A stretch of 64,000 bases of DNA from Euglena gracilis. Lineage: Eukaryota. Position numbers and translations under genes: made by a program. This document shows positions 14,201 through 64,000 of the stretch, in pieces; the stretch's first letter is position 1; each line of letters opens with the position of its first letter. The stretch is from assembly GCA_039621445.1 (NCBI GenBank), contig CP154954.1, positions 19,454,642-19,518,641 on the forward strand, read 5' to 3'. The notes under the pieces are model-generated. The model was not told the DNA's origin and searched no databases. It saw nothing but the letters and a program-made list of their open reading frames with translations.

Positions 14201-17200
14201 CAACCCATTGAGGAACTCTTTAAAATTGCGTTGAGCTTTCCACCTGGAGGAGTTGAGCTCCTGACTGTCGATGAATGGTGTGGAAAATCCTCCCATTTCA
14301 CCCAAAGGAGCCAGCCATTCCCTAACTTGCCTCATGCAAACTTTGGGGGGCACCCACCCCCAGCCCCGTCTGCCAGCCCCCTGAGGCAGTTGCAAGTTGC
14401 CCAAGCCAGTTCTACCGTATTGCGTTCTTTGTGGGAGTGGTTTTTTTGAAAAAACATTTTGGCCCCAACTGCGGCCCCGAGGTGGGGTCTCCGCTATTGT
14501 GACTTCCACCGCAGCTGGGGGAAATCCCAGCCAGACCCCTCCTCCGCCCTGTGGCAACAAGCGCCCTGACCTCCCCCTGCGCAGGGTGAACCGCACGGCG
14601 GGGGACGACGGGGGGCGTTGGCCTCGTTGGTCGCCGCGGCGGCCGCCCCCTTGTTAGTGCACCGAGGGCAGGACCACCAGGACTGACGGAGGGCGTCCCT
14701 CGTCGCTTCCCACTTCACAGCCTCATTTCTTACGTGCATTCCGGTCCACCGCGGGGTTTGGCAGCCAACTATTTGTAAAATGCCAATTTCTGCCAATTTA
14801 CTTTGGGAAAGGACCTGCTCGCCATCTCCAGTTTCGCCGTCACCAGTTGGCTCGCCCTCGGTTTTGCTTGTTGACCGTCAGTGTTCGAGTTGGCTCTCGC
14901 CTTTCAGACCTGCCCCCCCCCCCCCTGTTTGCGGGGCCCGGCGTGTCCCCAGGGAGGTGCCCCGCCTTCGTTCGGCTCGCCGGTTCTGCCCTCCGGCCCT
15001 CCCGCAGCCGACGCCATCGTGGGCGGGGTGGACGTCTCCGCCGCCGAGGCCGCCAGCGTTGGCGCGGTGGGCCTCTACATCGGCCAGGCCCGGACATGCA
15101 GCCCCGAACACCTCCCGGACGCATCGGGCACGCTTGCGTTCCCGTTGCCATTTCACCGGCCTTCCACCACAGGCCAGTTCTCCAGACAGCCCCACCCCCC
15201 CAACACGCCACTGGGACGTGCTGGGGCGTGCGTGGTGACCTGGCGGGCTGCACCGTATGCCGCAAACAGGCTGACCCTCATCCTGTCCTCCCTGGGAGGC
15301 AGGCGGGCTAATTTGGCCAAAAGTGGAACTTCAGCGCTGAAGCCCTGGAGGCCTTTTGGCGATATTGTTTTGATTGAGGGTATGTCTTCCTTAGCACCCG
15401 AAGGACCCACAGGCGCCCCTCTGGGAATTTCTAAGCCCCGTCCCTGGGGAGGAGCCCCCACCCCTGGGGGAGTCCAGCTAGCAGCTTTTTTTCCAGCACC
15501 CCCCCCCCTGGGAGTCAGGTGGAAACAAAGTCAGTCATCACAGCCCCACGAAGCCGGGCTGGACCGAAAAAAAATGGACGTTTTGAAAATCAATTTCAAA
15601 AAGGTGAAAGATTGGCATTTTTGAGCATTTTTGAGGTTATCACCTCAAATCTTTGGCCAACAGTTTCCAACCCAGGTGGGTTTGGTCTTTTTTTGCCCGT
15701 TTTTGGGCACCACCTGGGTCCAGCCTGGTATTTGGTTGGACCCACCCCCCTGGACCACCCCCCTAGGGGGTCCAACAGCATGTTTTTATTCCCCCAGCAA
15801 GCACCATTTTCCAGCCAGACCTCCACCTCAAGGTCCTCAAGAAATTCCCTGCCCTGGATCCTCGACCAGCCTGGCGGGAAGGACGTCCCCGCCACCTGCA
15901 GTGGGACGCTCATCGCTCCCAACCTCGTCCTCTCCGCAAAGCACTGCATCGACATCAGCACTCAGCTGAATGCCAAGCTCACCAAGATCGTCTTCTCCCC
16001 CAATCTGCTGGACCCCTCCCAGAGCTGTTATTCTGCTCACCTTTTCCGACCTAACTTTTGGTGCGCTACCAAAAAGACGCGTGGCTGATTTCTTCAGCAT
16101 GCTCCCTGAAGGGGTTGACCTTCGCGAGTCGGAACATTCACATAGGGTCGGCATCCACGCAGTGCTGAATGTGGCGTACCTTAACTTTGGCAAGCCCAAC
16201 GTTACTTTCTTTCTTACTTACTTACTCAGCTCAGATGTTGAGTCACTCAGAATCAAAAATCTTTGCTTTCAGGGGTTGCCCTGGCGACCCGACCCCAACC
16301 TACATCATCTGTGACACCACAAATAGTGAGTCGCCTGCCCCCCCCCCCCCCCGTGTCCAACGAACACCCTGTTCGGACCATAATTTTTGCCACCGTAAGT
16401 AAAATTTTGCCTGTTCGGAACCCCTTTGTCCAATGAACACACCTGTTACACTGTTGAGTGCACGTGCCTGTGTGCGCTATGTTTGTCGGTGTGTGCGTGA
16501 CGTGCGTCTGCGTGTATGTGCGCGCGCACGCGCGCAAGTTGTATTTGCGTTTTGTATGTATTTGCGCATATTCTGCGCCTGTCATTTTGACCCAATCCCC
16601 TCCCCTCCGTCATGGCACACCAGTGCATTTCCGGGGCATCCCCCTGCCGCCAACAGCCCTTCCGGCAACGCCCCGGCCCGGGAGGTGGACAAGGTGGTCT
16701 CCACCACCGACTACGGCATCGACCTGCAGGGCAACGACCTCGTTCTGATCCGCATCAAAGACAGGCAATCGCTTGTTTGACACCCCCAAGGCTGAATGCG
16801 GTGGGCAGTCGGGTCGTGGTCGCCCCTTCTGATGCCCCATCATTGTCATTTTGGCTGCATTTTTTTTTATTGTGACTCATTTGTCTCACAGGACAAAAAT
16901 GACGGGGAAAAATGATGGGAAGTTTTTGAGTTTGGAAAAATCGATGATGGGGAAATTACCACAATTCACAGAAAATTGTGGTGATTTCTCCCACTTTTGT
17001 GGAGATTTTTTTTTGGAAAAAGGCAGTTCAACGTTAAATAAAAAAACTGGTCAAAATGGTCTTCTGGGTGTCTTTTTTGCTTTTTTTTGTGACATAACAA
17101 TCCCAAAGTCTCATCCCAACTGTTTTATCACCCCTGAATGTGGCTCCTCCAAAACGGCGTGGAAAGGGTGTGGGGATAAAATGGCGGGAAAAATGAATGG

Positions 17201-18997
17201 AAAAGTCGGGTGGTTTCCCATCATTTTTTGTTCCTGTCATTTTTATCTGGACTTATGGTTTGACCCCTTTGTCTTTCTCTCCCACACCCAAGTGCCAAGT
17301 GACCTCCAAGTGACCTCCAAGTGACCCCCCAGTGACCTCCAAGTTCAGTGACCTCCAAGCGACCTGGTGTGTCAGTTGTTGTGCAATGTTCGTGGCTCCC
17401 GCCCAGTGTGTGTAGGTCCGCAAGCGGAAAGCGATTCCATGGTCGCGGGCACCGCCCCCGAGCCCTGGCGGCCTGTCCAACTGCCACTGCGCCTCCTGCC
17501 ACGGGAGGCGGAACTGCCGGAGGCGGAGCAGACCAGCCGCCTTGTGGGCCTTGGCACCCCCCAGCCAGTGGCCGGCTTATGGAAGTGTGTGCGTGTGTGT
17601 GTGTGCATGGGTGCTCAACTGTTACTTCTTCCTTTTTCTCTCCGTTTCTTCTTCTTCTTTCTTTTTAGTTGTTGTTTTTTGCGTGATGCATTGAGGGTTA
17701 AACTGACGTTTTCCTCGGCCTTTCTGTATGTGAGGGGTGTTGTGTGCAGGCGCGTGTGTGTGATGGTATGCGTGTTGTTGTGAAGTACCACAAAAACCCA
17801 AAGCTGTGGGGTTTTCTTGTGTGGTCTGTGCAATGTGTGCATTTAAACGCTCTGGTGTTCTCCAAGGAGACTTACACAGCGTCCATAGGAGGGGTGGCCA
17901 GGTCCTGCCATCAAATGGCCGCCTACGGCTACGGCGAGACCAAATGGGACACCCGGCCGGAGGACTACACCTCCGGCCGCTTGAAGCGAATCATCATCCA
18001 AGTGATCAGCGAAGTCCAGCCAGGGATGCAAGCACCGGTTGATGGTCTTCGGCTCAACATGCGACCAAAATGGCATTTTTGACAAATTGGAATTAGGGCA
18101 CCTAATGGTGCCCTCAAAACCAGAACAGGTAAATGAAACCAGTACAGGTAAATGAAGAAAGTTTTAGTCTTTTTATGTGCAGCGTGGAACTGAGATGACA
18201 TATTGAAGCAAGAAATGATCGTCTTCAACAGCAGGTCTTCCCCAAGCAGTGGATATGGACGGTCGCTGTTACCTTCCACCACCCTGATTTGCATTGGGGT
18301 GGGGAAGGGAGACAGTCTTTGCATCATGTCGAGAACCCTTTGAATGGCTGTGCTCGGGCCTGCAGCTGACCGTGGGCACCCGGCTTCCTCACCGCTCCTG
18401 TTGCCCAATCCTGTTGCACTCGTCTTTGCCTTTTTTTTTGTGCAATTTTTCTTTGTCTTGTGTCTTATTGGTATTTATTTATGTGTGCCGTGCGCACCTG
18501 ACAACTCGCGGCCCATTGGGGTGGTGATTGTCCATGGATGTCGCGTTTCGTGTCCACGGCACAGGACTGCTGTTTGACCCCGAGTCCGGCACCTGCGCCG
18601 GGGACTCCGGTGGCCAGAGATTTTTTTTTTCAAGTTTAGTGACCTGGGGGTGGGGGATGGATGGTGGGTCTCCCCTGGAGGGGGTGCCCCCCCAGAGGGG
18701 TATTCCTCAATTTTTGATGCGAAGCGCCAGAACAAAATTTTGGACCCCAAAATTTCCCCCCAAAGTGGGTCCCCCCAAGCCCCCCAGGGGGGCCCCAGGG
18801 TTGGGTGGGCGGGTTTGGAACCCCCTCGGGCCCTGAAAAGAATACCTCTGCTGGCGGCGCTGCCATCATGGGCCTGCTCAGCCCAACTGTGGGGCCCCCG
18901 CGCACCCTCCTGATGGGGGTGCAGGCTGCTGCGGAGCTGCCTTGCCGGGCGAACCGCGCCGCTCAGGGCGGCGCCAGCCCGTCAGGCGTGCGGTGCT

Positions 18998-19086
<89 letters not shown>

Positions 19087-19492
19087 TGTGTGGACCGTGC
19101 TGAAAATGGAGCGGTGTTGTTGTAGTTGTACTTCGCAATCGTCATGTGACACACTGCAGGCACCCCCCCCCTCCCCTGTTGTACGACCAGATTCTCTGGT
19201 CTTTGACCGGTTGTTGGTTGGGCCTGGGTGATCTCCCTTGTGGTCACGGAGCTCATTTTTCTGGATTTCTATTTGTGTGCCCCTTTGTTGAACGACGGCA
19301 AGTATTACAAGTATTAAAATAATCGGGAAAAAATAGCAAAATCATTTTGGGATATTTGTAGTCGCCCGATTGGGGTTGCCCTGGGCCATCTACATCTACC
19401 CGGATACGTTCACGGAGTTCCTCGAGAAGGCGAGTGCGGACCTCGGCACTCCCCTCACCTCCCAACTCTCCTGGCGCGATTACGCCTCCTGA
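11240..19492 (+). CDS. S1-family (trypsin/chymotrypsin-fold) serine protease with a multipartite plastid/thylakoid-lumen targeting presequence
   Basis: Mature domain exons: 15001-15081 (PAADA-IVGG, Ile at 15016), ~15861-16016 (CSGTLIAPNLVLSAKHC, His 15942), 16667-16758 (GNDLVLIRIK, Asp 16736), 17447-17541, 17913-~18031 (AYGYG), ~18564-18611 (GTCAGDSG, Ser 18606), 18856-18960 and ~19388-19492 (TGA). Presequence exons: 11240-11336 (MLLSAPAADRRCGPLLVSLLAVGCVLS), ~13576-13710 (LTALFSGVSALCGVVAALTLAVRK) and 14585-14659 (GRRGALASLVAAAAAPLLV). The 5' exon chain is not fully resolved. Confidence 0.85.
13060..13240. mobile_element. TA-flanked MITE (Tc1/mariner/Stowaway-like)
   Basis: TA|CCTCCCCC..CATGCCTAATGAACAC ... 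GTGTTCATTGGGCTTGG..GGAGG|TA. Confidence 0.8.
16017..16666 (+). other. Non-conventional intron (protease gene)
   Basis: tccCAGAGCTGTT pairs with AACAGCCCTTccggc. The junction LLDP|NAPAREV is in frame. Confidence 0.7.
16759..17446 (+). other. Non-conventional intron (protease gene)
   Basis: agaCAGGCAATCGCTT pairs with AAGCGATTCCATGgtcgc. AA|G reconstitutes Lys, giving IRIK-GTAPEPW in frame. Confidence 0.75.
18612..18855 (+). other. Non-conventional intron equal to a degenerate TIR element, splitting the catalytic GDSG|G motif
   Basis: ggcCAGAGATTTTTT...AAAAGAATACCTCTGctggc. The flanks ccggtggc/ctggcggc match 6/8, and the internal GCGAAGCGCC core is present. The junction GDSG|GAAIM is in frame. 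Confidence 0.8.
19000..19084. repeat. (GT)n microsatellite
   Basis: Direct reading. Confidence 0.97.
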
Positions 19493-19997
19493 TTCCCCCA
19501 CATCCACCCCTGTCACCGACACTTCTGGTGCTGCTCTCTCGTGCCACCTGATGATTGGCGCTGTTGTCTGTCCCCAGTTGACACCTCCTCCGCCCCTTTT
19601 TGCAGCCCAATCAATTGTGCTGTCTGTCAGTTGACGATGCCATCACTGCATACCACTGGGCTGTTTCTCTCTGTTAGCTTTCTGTTGGCTATCCTACCAT
19701 CTAATTATGGTGCTAATTAGAGAATGTTTTTGAGCACTTTTATTTTATGGTTCTTTGTGGACCACAGGGTTTCCAGGATTCCTCTTCAGCCTGCGACCGT
19801 ACGACACGCACCACCAGGGGTTAAATAATCGGACCACCATTCCAACTCGTTGTCAGCGGGAGTGACGAACTGGCTGGCACAGTGAGTAGGTGGGGGGGAT
19901 CAACCCCCCCCACCTTCAGGTGGGGCGGGAGAGTTAGGTTTAGGGTTGGGTTAGGGGGTGGGTTGGGGGTATGATTCAGGTTAGGTTTACGCTGCAG

Positions 19998-62114
<42,117 letters not shown>

Positions 62115-62406
62115 GTCCCCCGCCCCTGCCTCCCCTGCCTCCCTGGCGTTGACGTCCCGGCCCAGAGTTGGTTTTTCCGGGGCGAAACCTGCGAGGACAA
62201 CCCCCCCCCCAATAGAAGCACGGGTGCGCTTATAGCAGACCGCCTCAGCAGCGGGAGTTTGGACCCTGCGCTTCTTTGCAGCCCCGCGCTTCTATTAGAG
62301 TTTTATTACATCATACCGTATTATTGTTTATACATACACTTTATCGTGGGGGGCAGAATCCTGTGGCATATTCATTGGCATGTTTTGGTGGCGCCACGGG
62401 GGGGTA

Positions 62407-62997
62407 TCCGTAGGAGGAGGCTCGAGATCGAACGCTCGACCTCGAGCCTCCTCGAACATTTTTAAGCCCACCCCCCCCCTCTAGGGGGGGGCTTAAAAGG
62501 CGTTCGAGGAGGCTCTAGAGCCTCCTCGAACCATGTTCGAGGAGGCTCTAGAGCCTCCTCGAACATAGTTCGAGGTCGTTCGAGGAGGCTCTAGAGCCTC
62601 CTCGAACGTGGTTCGAGGACGTTCGAGGAGGCTCTAGAGCCTCCCCGAACGTGGTTCGAGGTCGTTCGAGGAGGCTCTAGAGTCTCCTCGAACGTGGTTC
62701 GAGGTCGTTCGAGGAGGCTCTAGCGCCTCCTCGTACGGGTTTGGAGGTCGTTCGAGGAGGCTCTAGAGCCTCCTCGAACGTGGTTCGAGGTCGTTCGAGG
62801 ACGCTCTAGAGCCTCCTCGAACGTGGTTCGAGGACGTTCGAGGAGGCTCTAGAGCCTCCTCGAACGTGGTTCGAGGTCGTTCGAGGAGGCTCTAGAGTCT
62901 CCTCGAACGTGGTTCGAGGTCGTTCGAGGAGGCTCTAGAGCCTCCTCGAACGTGGTTCGAGGTCGTTCGAGGGAAATCTCGAGCCTCCTCCTGTGTA
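62407..62997. repeat. TIR-bounded array of a 43-bp unit containing a 30-bp perfect palindrome
   Basis: GTTCGAGGAGGCTCTAGAGCCTCCTCGAAC + GTGGTTCGAGGTC, about 11 copies at 62502-62970; outer IR AGGAGGAGGCTCGAGAT / ATCTCGAGCCTCCTCCT. Confidence 0.9.
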
Positions 62998-63035
62998 TAT
63001 GCTTCACCGTATCAGGAGACTGTGCTTCTATTTTC

Positions 63036-63038
<3 letters not shown>

Positions 63039-63117
<79 letters not shown>
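63039..63117. repeat. (GA)n microsatellite
   Basis: Direct reading. Confidence 0.97.
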
Positions 63118-63120
<3 letters not shown>

Positions 63121-63122
<2 letters not shown>

Positions 63123-64000
63123 ACTTGCACCCGAGAAGGGGTTGGCAGATAAAAGGGGTTTATTTTGTTAATGAAAGAGATAGGGTTAGGTCGACTTGCA
63201 CCTGAGAAGGGGTTGGCAGATAAAAGGGGTTGGCGGATAAAAGGGGTTTATTTTGTTAATGAAAGGGATAGGGTTAGGTCGACTTGCACCCGAGAAGGGG
63301 TTGGCGGATAAAAGGGGTTTATTTTGTTAATGAAAGGGATAGGGTTAGGTCGACTTGCACCCGAGAAGGGGTTGGCAGATAAAAGGGGTTTATTTTGTTA
63401 ATGAAAGGGATAGGGTTAGTTAGTTAGTTAGTTAGGTCGACTTGCACCTGAGAAGGGGTTGGCGGATAAAAGGAGTTTATTTCGTTAATGAAACGGATAG
63501 GGTTAGGTCGACTTGCACCCGAGAAGGGGTTGGCGGATAAAAGGGGTTGGCGGATAAAAGGGGTTTATTTTGTTAATGAAAGGGATAGGGTTAGGTCAAC
63601 TTGCACCCGAGAAGGGGTTGGCGGATAAAAGGGGTTTATTTTGTTAATGAAAGGGATAGGGTTAGGTCGACTTGCACCCGAGAAGGGGTTGGCAGATAAA
63701 AGGGGTTTATTTTGTTAATGAAAGGGATAGGGTTAGTTAGTTAGTTAGTTAGGTCGACTTGCACCTGAGAAGGGGTTGGCGGATAAAAGGGGTTTATTTC
63801 GTTAATGAAACGGATAGGGTTAGGTCGACTTGCACCCGAGAAGGGGTTGGCGGATAAAAGGGGTTGGCGGATAAAAGGAGTTTATTTTGTTAATGAAAGG
63901 GATAGGGTTAGGTCGATTTGCACCCGAGAAGGGGCTGGCGGATAAAAGGGGTTTATTTTGTTAATGAAAGGGATAGGGTTAGGTCGACTTGCACCCGAGA
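63121..64000. repeat. Satellite with a 71-bp monomer and a 317-bp higher-order repeat; runs off the window end
   Basis: Monomer starts at 63189, 63277, 63348, 63435, 63506, 63594, 63665, 63752, 63823, 63911 and 63982 (spacing 88,71,87,71 repeating). Confidence 0.92.

Noticed and set aside
15421-15851. TIR pair CTGGGAATTTCT/AGAAATTCCCTG as another intron-forming MITE
   Set aside because: No TSD is visible and no in-frame flanking exon was found; probably an old nested copy, so it was not counted.
18251-18541. 11-bp complementary pair suggesting an extra intron or micro-exon in the protease gene
   Set aside because: It could not be joined convincingly in frame, and the simpler join MQ-GLLFDPESG fits the S1 spacing; left unresolved.
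19931-19985. Telomere-like TTAGGG variants (also 7512-7540)
   Set aside because: Short, degenerate and internal; not a telomere.
62502-62970. CRISPR-like array of 30-bp palindromic repeats
   Set aside because: The spacers are 13 bp and near-identical, there are no cas genes and the context is eukaryotic; it is a tandem repeat.

Overview
This is eukaryotic nuclear DNA, most likely from a photosynthetic euglenid (Euglena-like). The evidence is a mixture of canonical GT-AG introns with non-conventional introns whose ends base-pair (CAG at +4..+6 with CTG at -8..-6), plus a Euglena-type multipartite plastid presequence. Three highly fragmented + strand genes are present. (1) The 3' part of a Pro/Val/Gln/Tyr-rich protein (about 1313-8126). 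(2) A complete S1 (chymotrypsin-fold) serine protease with signal, stop-transfer and twin-arginine presequence elements (about 11240-19492). (3) A giant coiled-coil protein with more than 40 exons (about 19998 to beyond 62114). The introns contain many non-autonomous TIR elements, microsatellites and satellites. Main finding: a family of 200-450 bp MITEs has CAG...CTG terminal inverted repeats and 8-bp target-site duplications (hAT-like). Three copies sit inside coding exons and make up whole non-conventional introns. Removing 3 nt + element + 5 nt, the known register of these introns, deletes exactly one 8-bp TSD and restores the reading frame. This looks like a non-spliceosomal introner system caught in the act. 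All exon boundaries were read by eye and need transcript confirmation.
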